A stretch of 64,000 nt of DNA from Mustelus asterias (lineage: Eukaryota): the NCBI RefSeq assembly GCF_964213995.1, contig NC_135830.1, positions 6,510,001 to 6,574,000 of the forward strand. Reading direction: 5' to 3'. Positions 22,011-33,258 of this stretch are shown here, piece by piece. The position numbers and the translations under genes were made by a program. Positions within the stretch are counted from its first letter, which is position 1; each line of letters opens with the position of its first letter. Under the pieces are notes generated by a model, which saw nothing but the letters and a program-made list of their open reading frames with translations, was not told the DNA's origin and ran no database searches.

Positions 22011-25000
22011 ATCAGGATGACTGCCTGTGCCACGGGAAGGTGAGGGCAGGAATGGAGTGAGGTGGAGGATGAATGTGTGGCTGAGGGACTGGTGCAGGGG
22101 GCAGGGATTCAGGTTCCTGGACCATTGGGACCTCTTTAGGGGCAGGGGTGATCTGTATACAAAAAACGGGTGGAACTTGAATCACACGGGGACCAATATC
22201 CTGGCCGGTAGGTTGGCTAAGGCTACTGGGGAGAATTTAAACTAGATAGGTTGGGGGGAGGGGAGCTAGAAGAGTTGACTAGGATCAAGGAACTAATTGA
22301 TGGGTGGGAGGATGCAGGGGTAAGGGGAATTACAAAATTAATGGGAGAGGAGAGGGTGCAAGTGAATGAAGGCGGTAATTTAGATAAGGGAGTAGAGGGA
22401 GAGGGTGTTCGCGACTCATCAAAGCGGGTCCAGATAAAAGCTGGAATAAGGACATTTTGCCTGAATGCACGAAGCATTCGGAACAAGGTGAATGAGTTGA
22501 TGGTGCAAATCAGCACAAGTGGGTACGATCTAGTGGCCATTACAGAAACGTGGCTGAAAGGTGACCAGGACTGGGAGATGAATATCCAGGGGTATCAGGC
22601 GTTTAGGAAGAATAGACAGGAAGGAAAAGGTGGTGGGGTCGCGCTATTAATAAGAGATAATATCAGGGTAGTACTGAGGGATGACATAGGCTCTGAGGAA
22701 CAAAACGTGGAATCATTATGGGTAGAGATGAGGAATAGTAGAGGGAGAAAGACACTAGTAGGTGTGGTATATAGGCCCCCAAATAATAATGTTGTGGTAG
22801 GGAGGGCTATAAACAAGCAGATAAGGGATGCGTGTAAAAACGGAACGGCAATAATCATGGGGGACTTCAACATGCACATTGACTGGCAGACTCAAGTCGG
22901 TAAGGGTGGAATGGAGGAAGAGTTCTTAGAATGCTGTCGGGATAGTTTCCTTGAACAGCATGTTACGGAACCGACGAGGGAACGAGCTATTTTGGATCTG
23001 GTATTGTGTAACGAGGTAGGTAGAATTAAGGATCTTATTGTGAAGGACCCTCTTGGGTCTATTGACCACAATATGGTCGAATTTCTGATTCAGATGGAAG
23101 AGGAGAAAGTTTGGTCTCAAACCAGTGTCCTCTGTTTGAACAGAGGGGAATATGATAGGATGAGGGATGAATTGGCTAAGGTAGACTGGGAGAGCAGGCT
23201 GGCAGGTAGGATAGCTGAGGAACAGTGGAGGATTTTTAAGGAGATCCTTTTCAGTTCTCAGCAAAAATATATTCCAGCAAAAAACAAGGATTGTAAGAAA
23301 AGGGAGAACCAGCCGTGGATAACGAAGGAAATAAAGGAGAGTATTAAAATAAAAACAGCTGCGTACAGAGTGGCCAAAAATAGTGGAGAAACAAGTGATT
23401 GGGAAAAATTTAAGAAACAACAAAGAGAGACTAAGAAAGCGATAAAGAAAGGAAGGATAGACTATGAAGCTAGGCTAGCAATTAATATAAAAAATGATAG
23501 TAAAAGTTTTTATAAATATATAAAAAGGAATAGAGTGGCTCGAGTGAATGTTGGACCCTTGGAGGACGAGAGGGGGGAGTTAATAGTGGGAAATGAGGAT
23601 ATGGCTGAGTCTTTAAATAAGTTTTTTGTGTCGGTCTTCACGGTGGAGGACACAAATAGTTTGCCAAATATTAACGATAGAGGGTTGGCAGCAGGAGAAA
23701 TACTTAATACAATTAATGTTACCAGAGAGGCAGTGCTGGGTAGACTAATGGGACTGAAGGTGGACAAGTCCCCGGGTCCGGATGGAATGCATCCCAGGGT
23801 ATTGAAAGAAATGTCAGAGGTAATAGTGGATGCGTTAGTGATCATTTATCAAAACTCGTTGCATTCTGGGGTAGTGCCGGTTGATTGGAAAACGGCTAAT
23901 GTTACGCCGCTGTTTAAAAAAGGAAGGAGACAAAAGGCGGGTAACTATAGGCCGGTCAGCTTAACGTCTGTAGTAGGGAAAATGCTGGAATCCATTATTA
24001 AAGAGGAGATAGCAGGGCATCTGGATAGAAATGGTTCGATCAATCAGACGCAGCATGGATTCATGAGGGGAAAGTCGTGCTTGACGAACATGTTGGATTT
24101 TTATGAAGATGTGACTAGGGCGGTTGATGGAGGAGAACCGGTGGATGCGGTGTTTTTGGATTTCCAAAAGGCGTTTGATAAGGTGCCCCATAAAAGGCTG
24201 CTGAAGAAAATTAGGGCACACGGAGTTGGGGGTAGTGTGTTAAAGTGGATTGGGGACTGGCTATCCGACAGGAAGCAAAGAGTCGGAATAATTGGGTGTT
24301 TTTCCGGTTGGAGGAAGGTAACTAGTGGCGTGCCGCAGGGATCGGTACTCGGGCCGCAACTGTTTACCATTTATATAGATGATCTGGAGGAGGGGACGGA
24401 GTGTAGGGTAACGAAGTTTGCAGACGACACAAAGATAAGTGGAAAAGTGAATCGTGTGGAGGACGGAGAAGATCTGCAGAGAGATTTGGACAGGCTGAGT
24501 GAGTGGGCGAGGATATGGCAAATGGAGTATAACGTTGATAAATGCGAGGTTATACACTTTGGAGGAAATAATAACAAATGGGATTACTATCTCAATGGAA
24601 ACAAATTAAAACATGCTACCGTGCAAAGGGACCTGGGGGTCCTTGTGCATGAGACGCAAAAGCCCAGTCTGCAGGTACAACAGGTGATCAAGAAGGCAAA
24701 TGGGATCTTGGCCTATATTGCGAGGGGGATAGAATATAAAAGCAGGGATGTCTTGATGCACCTGTACAGGGCATTGGTGAGGCCGCAGCTGGAATACTGT
24801 GTGCAGTATTGGTCCCCTTATATGAGGAAGGATATATTGGCATTGGAGGGAGTGCAGAGAAGGTTCACCAGGTTGATACCGGAGATGAGGGGTTTGGATT
24901 ATGAGGAGAGGCTGAGGAGATTGGGTTTGTACTCGTTGGAGTTTAGAAGGATGAGGGGGGATCTTATGGAGACTTATAAGATAATGCGGGGGCTGGATAG

Positions 25001-25356
25001 GGTGGAGGCGGAGAGATTCTTTCCACTTAGTAAGGAAGTTAAAACTAGAGGACACAGCCTCAAAATAAAGGGGGGTCGGTTTAAGACAGAGTTGAGGAGG
25101 AACTTCTTCTCCCAGAGGGTGGTGAATCTCTGGAATTCTCTGCCCACTGAGGTGGTGGAGGCTCCCTCGCTGAATATGTTTAAAGCGCGGATGGATGGAT
25201 TCCTGATCGGTAAGGGAATTAAGGGTTATGGGGATCAGGCGGGTAAGTGGTACTGATCCACGTCAGATCAGCCATGATCTTATTGAATGGCGGGGCAGGC
25301 TCGAGGGGCTAGATGGCCTACTCCTGCTCCTATTTCTTATGTTCTTATGTTCTTAT
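22011..25356 (+). mobile_element. Young CR1 LINE, 5'-truncated within ORF1
   Basis: End of esterase-type ORF1 (SGLLPVPR...[17 protein letters not shown]), full ORF2, 3' UTR, (TATGTTCT)n tail. Confidence 0.95.
22251..25256 (+). CDS. CR1 ORF2: APE endonuclease plus reverse transcriptase
   Basis: NARSI, ITETW, GDFN, DH (APE); GVPQGSVLGP, FADD (RT); uninterrupted 1001 codons; true start uncertain (first ATG 22341). Confidence 0.93.
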   Translation: MGGGELEELTRIKELIDGWEDAGVRGITKLMGEERVQVNEGGNLDKGVEGEGVRDSSKRVQIKAGIRTFCLNARSIRNKVNELMVQISTSGYDLVAITETWLKGDQDWEMNIQGYQAFRKNRQEGKGGGVALLIRDNIRVVLRDDIGSEEQNVESLWVEMRNSRGRKTLVGVVYRPPNNNVVVGRAINKQIRDACKNGTAIIMGDFNMHIDWQTQVGKGGMEEEFLECCRDSFLEQHVTEPTRERAILDLVLCNEVGRIKDLIVKDPLGSIDHNMVEFLIQMEEEKVWSQTSVLCLNRGEYDRMRDELAKVDWESRLAGRIAEEQWRIFKEILFSSQQKYIPAKNKDCKKRENQPWITKEIKESIKIKTAAYRVAKNSGETSDWEKFKKQQRETKKAIKKGRIDYEARLAINIKNDSKSFYKYIKRNRVARVNVGPLEDERGELIVGNEDMAESLNKFFVSVFTVEDTNSLPNINDRGLAAGEILNTINVTREAVLGRLMGLKVDKSPGPDGMHPRVLKEMSEVIVDALVIIYQNSLHSGVVPVDWKTANVTPLFKKGRRQKAGNYRPVSLTSVVGKMLESIIKEEIAGHLDRNGSINQTQHGFMRGKSCLTNMLDFYEDVTRAVDGGEPVDAVFLDFQKAFDKVPHKRLLKKIRAHGVGGSVLKWIGDWLSDRKQRVGIIGCFSGWRKVTSGVPQGSVLGPQLFTIYIDDLEEGTECRVTKFADDTKISGKVNRVEDGEDLQRDLDRLSEWARIWQMEYNVDKCEVIHFGGNNNKWDYYLNGNKLKHATVQRDLGVLVHETQKPSLQVQQVIKKANGILAYIARGIEYKSRDVLMHLYRALVRPQLEYCVQYWSPYMRKDILALEGVQRRFTRLIPEMRGLDYEERLRRLGLYSLEFRRMRGDLMETYKIMRGLDRVEAERFFPLSKEVKTRGHSLKIKGGRFKTELRRNFFSQRVVNLWNSLPTEVVEAPSLNMFKARMDGFLIGKGIKGYGDQAGKWY

Positions 25357-25719
25357 TTATTCCAAACACATTCTTGTATTTACTGATTTATGGGAGTTGT
25401 GCACATTTCACTTTTCTAGTCTTTAACGTAAGAATTTAAAGCTTTTTCTGACACCTTGTACATCCATTCAGAACCTCCCCAAGTCGTCTGCTCAGCTATT
25501 CAGTCCCACTTTCCATCCTCCTCACTGATGAAGATTTCGCTTTGTATTGAATCATTTACTAACCCTGGCACTCCTGGTGCGAGGCTGCTCGTACGCAGTA
25601 TGGAATGGACATTCAGCTGCCCCTCTTACAGAGAAGCAAATTTATAGAATTTCTAATGTGACATTGTTATTGAGATGAAATCCTTGCAGATAAATCCTAG
25701 CTGTCACCTCACTGCGTGT

Positions 25720-26170
25720 GGTCGCCCCACGCACAGCTTTCCTGTGCTGTTCTCACTCTGACCCGTCTCACCTCTGCTGTTTTATTAGAGATTTTATTGG
25801 GGATATTGATCTTTGCTGCTTTTCCCTGTTTGGCACTGATTGGATCAGTCGTTGAATGGAGAGGCAAGATATATCTCCATGTCTGAAAGAGGATTTCACA
25901 GACTACAAAGTTATGAAGTGAGGGAACATCAAATGGAAATATATCAGACCATTCATTATTCCATCACCTCTTATGAAGTAGATGTTTCAAATCAACATTC
26001 ATCCTCCTCCGCATCATAGCTGCTTCCCCAAACATGATTGATAACAAACTGTTTGTTATGTTGCTGTAAGAATGAATATTGTCATTCTCCATGTCAAAAC
26101 AGAGCCACCAAGACTCAGGGGACCGGTCGTTGCCTGAAATGACGGCTGAAGAGGAAAGTAATCCCCTGTA
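25720..26170 (+). pseudogene. Truncated family-D V relic: promoter, decayed leader (ATG 25933) and FR1 stub
   Basis: CTCACTCTGACCCG and TCTGAAAGAGGATTTCACAGACTACAAAGTTA match 19180-19298 joined to 20604-20620; SHQDSGDRSLPEMTAEEESN resembles SQQDKVEQQDSEISVKEESN. Confidence 0.7.
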
Positions 26171-26425
26171 GTGGGATGACCAAATTCACTTTGTTGCTTT
26201 CGTCCCTCCGCCAAGAGGATGAATTGGAGATGAAGGAACTGTGAGTTCATTGCTTGAATTGGAAATCAAAGGAGCTTGAAGCCAATTGGATGTTATCTGA
26301 TGATGTTTTCAGCAGTGTACCAATCAACAGGGGCCCGGATATGACTCAACCTCTTCCCCCTCTTGAGTAAAACAACTTCAGCTTCAACCCGTTCTGGTCA
26401 AATCCACTTCCAGCTCTCTGCAAAC

Positions 26426-27351
26426 ATGTCTCCTGTTACTCTGTATTTATTCCTCAAAGCGACAGCTCTTTTAACCGGTAGGTTCACAAGTTTCTCAATT
26501 CTGTGTTGTACATCATTCCCACATAATATATTCTGTCAGGTGGTTCTCTCAATGCAAGGGGGAGGGGGTGGGTGATCAGGGAATGGATTGATCACAACAT
26601 CGAAAAATTGTCATGATCCCGCTGGTCTCAACACTGAGCACTGTTGGGATTGGACACATTTCTCCCATGGAATGAGAGAGAATGAGTTGGGCTCAGATTG
26701 AAGCTCCTCTGATACCAGCGAATGATTTTGGCAAACACCACACTTCAAACAGACAGACCGTGAGCGGTTTCCAGTTACAGGGACTGAAGGCGAGGAACTG
26801 ATCTCTTTAGAAAGAACAGAATGTTTATGGTGGAAGTTTTATTTAATCGCCACAAGCACCTTCCCTTTCTAGCCGCTGAACTGTGAAATATATGTTTTGT
26901 TGTGCTGTGTGATTTCTTTGTGAGATTATTGTTCAAGATTACGGCAGATTCGACGGGTGGGGGGGAAGGGGGGGGGGATTCGGGGGGGGGGGGCGCAGAG
27001 TGAAGTCGCATTGTTTAGATTAATATTTCTTTGCTTTCTTACAGGAGACTGTGGAGGAGATTCTGTTTCACAGACACCGGCTGCAGTCACCGTTACTGAA
27101 GGAAATATTGTTCAGTTGCTCTGTAATTATACAGCTACAAGTACTAGCACTCCTTATTTATTCTGGTACCGTCAGTATTCCAATGGGTCCATGGAGTTTC
27201 TGCTGAGCAGCTCTAGATACAGTGGCAACACAGAGATGTCCTCAGGGGACCGTTTTTCAGCGGAGTTCAATGATACAATCCGCACCGTCCCGTTGAAAGT
27301 GTCGAAAACAGAGCTGGAAGACTCCGGGGGTTATTACTGCGCACTGAGACC
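26426..27351 (+). CDS. TRAV/TRDV: TCR alpha/delta V gene segment, intact (family A); exons 26426-26477, 27045-27351
   Basis: Leader MSPVTLYLFLKATALLT; DSVSQ...LLC...WYRQ...DSGGYYCALRP; RSS CACAGAA(27352)-23-ACAAAAACT(27382-27390). Confidence 0.92.
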
Positions 27352-27599
27352 CACAGAAACACAGAGATGGGCTGAACCTGTACAAAAACTCTCAGGGCCT
27401 CACGCAACATAACAGAGCGTGAGGCAACCATTGGATCAGAGTGAGTCTGAAATGGAACCTGAAATCGTGGTGATTTCTCAATCTTTTACTGAGAATATTT
27501 TTATGAATAACAAATATATTGCAAAATTAAAACACCGGGACACTTAAAAGAATGCGCATGATAATATTTGTAAATTGTAATGTCCCGAACTGTTTTATG

Positions 27600-27900
27600 T
27601 CGTAAACACAGCAGCTAATTTGGACTCAGCATATTATTTCATTCAGTAATATTGTAGTGCTCTGGCTGTGTCAGTCCCTGTGATTGGTGAACAGATATCG
27701 AACAGGATGTTTCTCTTGCTCTTTTTGGAAACAGTGACCATGTATCACCTCCACTTGAGAGGGAAGACGTACCCCAGATTTAACAGGTCACCGAGAGGCT
27801 GGCAGCTCTGACAGTGCAGCATTTCTAAGCACTGCACTGTTTCCTCGGTAAGTTCCCGGAGTATTGTTCTGGATAGATTGCCGTTGTCCCCTGGAGTGGA
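27600..27900 (+). mobile_element. Old SINE relic (possibly Deu-domain)
   Basis: CTCTGACAGTGCAGCA...CACTGCACTG and CCACTTGAGAGG motifs resemble the DeuSINE core; heavily diverged. Confidence 0.35.
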
Positions 27901-28882
27901 AATAATCTCTGAAGGGACTGGAGAGAGTATTCGGGAAGTCTCAGGACGTGGTGACCACTCATTAACCCAATCTGGGAAAAACAAACTGAAATAACGAAAA
28001 TGAAATTAAAAATAAACATTATCGGTCCCCGTGGAAACAGAAAGACAATGAATGCAACCTCTACAAACAAGTATCCCTCGAAAAAAGAGAACTTACGTTT
28101 ACTGATGTAACGCCTTTCACAGGCTCCAGAAGTCAAATGGGACTTGCGAACCTCAGGAATGTCATTTCCAGTGTAGTCGGTGTGGTGATGTTACAAACGG
28201 TATCAGCGCAGCAGGCAGTGGGAATATTTAATTCTCAGTCAGAAATTCTCGTCACTCTGACCCTGGAGTAAAGGGATTGGGGAATCCAAATATGTGCCGG
28301 TTACATTGAACTTGTCGCAAATTTGAACCAAATAATGGACACCTCTCTCTCTCTCTCTCTCTTCCTCTCTTTCCATCCATCCTCTCTCTTTCTCTTTCTG
28401 CTACATTGAGGAGCCATGTTGACGATCCATATTGTCCTAAACGCCTTCCTCAGACTACCCAATGACATTAGAATACAATGCTTTATAGAGTTCACTCGCA
28501 AACAATGGGTATATTCCCATTACCATGACATTAATTGTATCGCAGCTTGATGTATTTCCATTCACTGGCTTCCAGCTCACCACCGATTGGTGGAACAAGA
28601 CCACAAAATGGCATGATTGTCTTTTGGAAGAATGAGTCAATATGGTTCCGTGCTGGATCTGCCTGACAGATTGGATTCTGCAGTTTGTTTTCTCCACTGC
28701 TGCTAGAAACAGTTAGATGGTGGTTTCATCTGAGGTTAACTTGATTTCCTCTGTGTGGTGTGTTTGAGAGGCTGACAGCTCAGTTAACATCTGGCCATAA
28801 AGCAATCTTCAATCGTCACGGGCTCATTCCTCCAGTGTAAGCCGGTTTTTGCACGAAGCTGGGTCTTCTTTCTATCACTGTG

Positions 28883-29345
28883 CGTCTGAACGCGCAGTAA
28901 TAAGTGGCAGCATCAGTCTGGCTCAGGTCGAATATATTTAAACTGAGGAATTTGTTCGAGGCCTGGAGATCTACATAGAACCGACTTTTAAAAACATCTG
29001 CTTTATCTTCATAACCATCAGGATCTTTCCGCAGAATAAACACGGGCTGCGTGTCTGGAAGTTGTCGGTACCAGTACAGCCTATAGTCGCTCTCTGTGGT
29101 TTGATAGTCACAGGTTAAAGTCACGATCTCGCCTTCTCTCTTAACATCTGATGAGAGCGACTGGGTGACAGAATCTCCATGACTCAGATCTGAAATTAAC
29201 AAAACAGAAAATGTCCAGACGGGCAGATCATGAAAGAATGGTCTGGAACCAAGCTTGGGAAATGTGAGAAACGGTGCAATGTATTTTGCACATAATTACC
29301 TGTCAGGAATGGTCCCCACATTACCCACATACGGAGCAGCCACAT
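28883..29345 (-). CDS. TRAV/TRDV: TCR delta-like V gene segment, intact (family B), unique to spacer; exons 29300-29345, 28883-29189
   Basis: Leader MWLLRMWVMWGPFLT/GTAATT; DSVTQ...LTC...WYRQLPDTQPVFIL...DAATYYCAFRR; RSS CACAGTG(28876-28882)-23-GCAAAAACC(28844-28852). Confidence 0.93.
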
Positions 29346-30282
29346 TGTCGCTGTCCGCTCTGTAGACGAGGAGCTGGGTGTTTGATTTCATCAAGTCTAA
29401 TCCTTACCCTCAATAATCAGCTTCCTATCTCCAGATGTTCTCACTTCCGTCCCTTCTGTCCCCAGTGGAGCTCCGTGACACCCAGGTGGTGAGATAACAG
29501 ACAGTAAACAGACACACAGTGAGCTGGATGGCAATCACTATCCTTACAGAGAAAATTTCGAGATTTAACGATTGACGTCGGGAAGAAAATGGACAAATGG
29601 GGTGTAGGAACGTGGGAACAGCTGTAGGCCATTCTGCCCTTCGATTCTGTTTTGTCATTCAGTTAGATCAGGGCTGATAAGCCTGAACGCCACTTTCCCG
29701 CGCTATCAGCATAGCTCTTGATGAGATTATGCTCCATAAAGCTATTGATTCAACATGCTCAATAATTGACATTCCACAAAATCCGCTTATTTTCTTACTG
29801 TGACCCGGAAGCTAAGGAAGGCTAAATAGTTCTGTCATTGTTTTTTTTTAATACGTCCATTAGCCTTACTTTCAGGACAGTTTCAATCGTGATTCCAGTG
29901 AAAGTTTGTTCTGTGTGTGGGACATGGGTGCCACTGGTTGGCCAGCATTTATTGTCCATCGCTAGTTTAGGATCAACCACATTACAATGGCTCTGGTGTC
30001 ACATGTAGGCCAGAGGTTTGCAGTTTTCCTTCCCTAAAGTACTTTAGTGAACTAGATTTTTAATTGTAGATTTTTTTTTATTGAAATAGGTCTGCAGAAC
30101 TTTAGCTGAGCTTCTGCATTAATCGTCTAGGGATAATACCACCAGGCCATCGTCTCCCCTGTTGTGAATATCAGAAAACACTGAAAATGTATGGAGGCAC
30201 TGCAGAGTGAATCATGCTGTATTTAAAGAAGTTCAATGTTATTACCATTCTCTGCTCCGTTCACCCTGTGACTTTGCGGCAG

Positions 30283-30586
30283 TGATTTGGTGCGGGGCTC
30301 CCTCTGGTTTCTGTCTCTGAGTCTCTTCCGTCCGCAGTAATACACCGCGTGGCCAGACAGCCGCAGCTCACGGATGGTGAAATTCCCATTGTTTTTCGAC
30401 CGGTCAATAGATGCAGAAAATCAGGTCCCCATGTCCTCTGCAAGGGAAATGTCTCCCTAATTCGAGACATAGTTCAAGAAGATGGGAGCTTTCTCTCGGT
30501 CCTGGCGGTACAATTGAATGTAATATGCACCAACTGCTCAGCAGTTGAACATAATGGTCACCGAGTCTCCTTCAAACGTCAAGCTG
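30283..30586 (-). pseudogene. V pseudogene (family E), 5' end lost at a SINE tail
   Basis: EGDSVTIMFNC*...YRQDREKAPIF...FSASIDRSKNNGNFTIRELRLS..AVYYCG with stops; RSS CTCAGAG-23-ACCAAATCA. Confidence 0.85.
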
Positions 30587-30864
30587 AATTGTGGATTGTG
30601 GTCGGTGTATACTCCATGGGCCGAATGGCCTCCTTTTACACTGTATAGTTTCTATGATTCGGTGAAGTTTTGGGAACCGGAGTTCGAATTCTAACACGAT
30701 AGACTAACTCAATTCAAGGGCAATTAGGGATGCCTGTAAAGGAGTAAAGAAAATACTATCTATGCAACTTTTCCTCACTTAAACGAATAGGTTTTGAGAA
30801 AGTTTGCACCCGATTTTGAAAGGTCGGGCCAATATGTAAACATTGCTATATCTTGCACGTGTGT

Positions 30865-30937
30865 GGGCCAGTGGCGCAATGAATAACGCATCTAGCTACG
30901 GATTAGAAGAGTCCAGATTCGACTCCTGGCTGACACA
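30865..30937 (+). pseudogene. tRNA-Arg (ACG) pseudogene
   Basis: GGGCCAGTGGCGCAATGAATAACGCATCTAGCTACGGATTAGAAGAGTCCAGATTCGACTCCTGGCTG..; multiple stem and box mutations versus the canonical gene. Confidence 0.85.
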
Positions 30938-31309
30938 TGGGCACTTTTCAACAATAGTTCATTAACTCCACGTTAGTTTCGATGAACAAAACGTGTTTTC
31001 AGTAACTTTAAACAAATGTTGACCAAATACAGTCAGCTTCTATGAAGAAATTTTTCCTGGGTGATTGTTTTTTTTAAAGTTGACTATTTTAAGAAAAGTT
31101 CCACTCAAAAACTTTCATCGATTACTTTTAAACTAGTTTCTTTAAATGACGAATTCCCCTTAAATTGTGGTTGGTGCTGACTTGGTAGGCCGAATGGCCT
31201 CCTTCTACACTGCAGGGGTTCTCTGGATTCTCTGGATTCATCGCAGTAACCGGCTCGTGAGACCGCGTCTGCAGCAGTGAAATCTGCAGAAATATAGAAA
31301 TATCGAACG

Positions 31310-31920
31310 TTAAGGTGATATTGTAACTAATAGCGTCAGGGAACGGATCACATTGTAAACCTCGATCAGGTCACCCTGCAACCTCCTTATCTTGTCAAAG
31401 GCTTCACTGAAGTCCATGTATATAACATCCACTGCCTTTCCCTCTTCTACCATCTTAGTCAGTTCCTCGAAAATCGCAATGAAGTTAGTGAGGCATGACC
31501 GCCCCTTCACAAAACCACGCTGTCTATCACTAATAAGTCCATTTGTTTCCAAATGTGATAAACCCTGTCCCTCAGAATATTTTCTAATAATTTCCTGGAT
31601 TATCCCTGCTGCCCTTCTTACAAGGGCTGCTGCCATTCTGGAACTATCCTTCAGTCCTCTGGAACTTCACCTGTAGCCAGTGAGGATACAAAGATTACTG
31701 TCAAGGCCCCAGCAAATTCCGCCCTTGCCTCCCTCAGTTTTCTGCGATAGATCCCATCAAGCCCTGGGGGCTTACCTACTTTAATGTTTTTTTAAGACGC
31801 CCAACACCTCCTCCTTTTCGATATCGATATGACCCAGAATATCTACTCATCCAACCCTTGGCTCCTCATCTATCAAGTCCCTCTCTTTTGATGAATACTG
31901 AGGCAAAGTATTCATTTAGT
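31310..31920 (-). mobile_element. CR1 RT fragment
   Basis: QRGFVKGRSCLTNF...VDVIYMDFSEAFDK. Confidence 0.8.
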
Positions 31921-31924
31921 ATTT

Positions 31925-32571
31925 GGGAGAAAGAGTCGAGAGCTTCAAGTTTTTAGGTGTCCAGATCACCAACAATCTGTCCTGGTCCCCCCCACGCCGA
32001 CACTATAGTTAAGAAAGCCCATTAACGCCTCTACTTTCTCAGAAGACGAAGGAAATTTGGCATGTCAGCTACTACTCTCACCAACCTTTACAGGTGCGCC
32101 ATAGAAAGCATTCTTTCGCGTTGGATCACAGCCTGGTATGGCTCCTCCTCTGCCCAAAGCCGCAAGGAACTACAAAAGCTTGTGAATGTAGCCCAATCCA
32201 TCACGCAAACCAGCCTCTCATCCATTGACTCTGTCTACGCTTTCCGCTGCCTCGGCAAAGCAATCAGCATAATTAAGGATCCCACACACCGCGGACATTC
32301 TCTCTTCCACCTTCTTCTTTCGGAAGAAAGATACAAAAGTCTGAGTTCACGTACCAACTGACTAAAAAACAGCTTCTTCCCTGCTGCTGTCAGACTTTTG
32401 AATGGACTTACTTTGCATTAAGTTGATCTTTCTCTACACTCGAGCTATGACTATAATAGTACATTCTGCACTTTCGTTTCCTTCTCTATGAATGGTGTGT
32501 CTTGTCTGTATTGCGCGCAAGAAACAATACTTTCACTGTATGTGTATACATGTGACAATAATAAATCAAAT
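31925..32571 (+). mobile_element. Rex1/Babar-type LINE 3' fragment
   Basis: VESFKFLGVQITNNLSW, YRCAIESIL...WYG, KDPTH.GHSLF; 3' end TGTGACAATAATAAATCAAAT. Confidence 0.82.
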
Positions 32572-32599
32572 TACAACATCTGACTTGGAGACAACGAAA

Positions 32600-32690
32600 G
32601 GGCTTCGCCCACGATTTGAACCCGGGACTCCTTGCATACTCATCAGCTAAAATGCCCTAAGCGAGAGTCAGATCCCTGCACCAACGAACC
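32600..32690 (-). pseudogene. tRNA-Pro (AGG) pseudogene with 18-nt insert at the canonical intron position
   Basis: GGTTCGTTGGTGCAGGGATCTGACTCTCGCTT-AGG-G-[CATTTTAGCTGATGAGTA]-TGCAAGGAGTCCCGGGTTCAAATCGTGGGCGAAGCCC. Confidence 0.78.
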
Positions 32691-33258
32691 TGCACATAAG
32701 CAAGCATTAAAATATAACTCATTTATCTTTCTCCAAAGCAGTTCTGACACCTCCAGTGAAAGACGAAATTGTTGAAAAAACTCACCGCATCAGCATTTGT
32801 GGACTTAAAGCTCCAGCGAAGTATCCGCCCAATGTTGCTACTTCGACTGTCTACAGCTGGGGGCTTTTGTTTATAAAGTGCACATGTTGCAGTCAATATT
32901 TTTAACCCAGCAACTTCAACATGTGACAACTCTGAGGCAGCCTTTGGTATTTGATCACTTTTGAAAGGTGTGGTCTGTCACAGTTAACTGAACTGGAACG
33001 TTTAAAATACAGATTGATGGCCTTGTTCTCCTGGGAGATCTGCGGGTTTGTGTCAATGGGATCGGGGAACGATTGGACTGATCTGATAGTAATATGAGTA
33101 AACATATGTCAGATTTCCCAACAGTGACAATCAGTAACCTCAATGAGGGAAAACACTCAGACGGGGCTGTATTGTCACGTTCACTATGGGTAAATTTTAT
33201 CTGATTTTTAACCCCATGTGTTGTCCTGACAATGAATCATTGATTTTCGATCTGTGAC

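Larger units (their letters stand above)
1133..27405 (+). repeat. Left arm of giant inverted segmental duplication
   Basis: Reverse complement of 64000 backwards (AGATAAATAAGAGTCC...) matches from 1133; ORF track mirrors throughout (e.g. 22251..25256 vs 37987..40992); identity ends at ...GGCCTCACGC 27405. Confidence 0.98.

Noticed and set aside
22251-25256. Intact ORF2 as an autonomous or domesticated RT gene
   Set aside because: 5' UTR and most of ORF1 are missing and the copies differ by several amino-acid changes; youth explains the open frame
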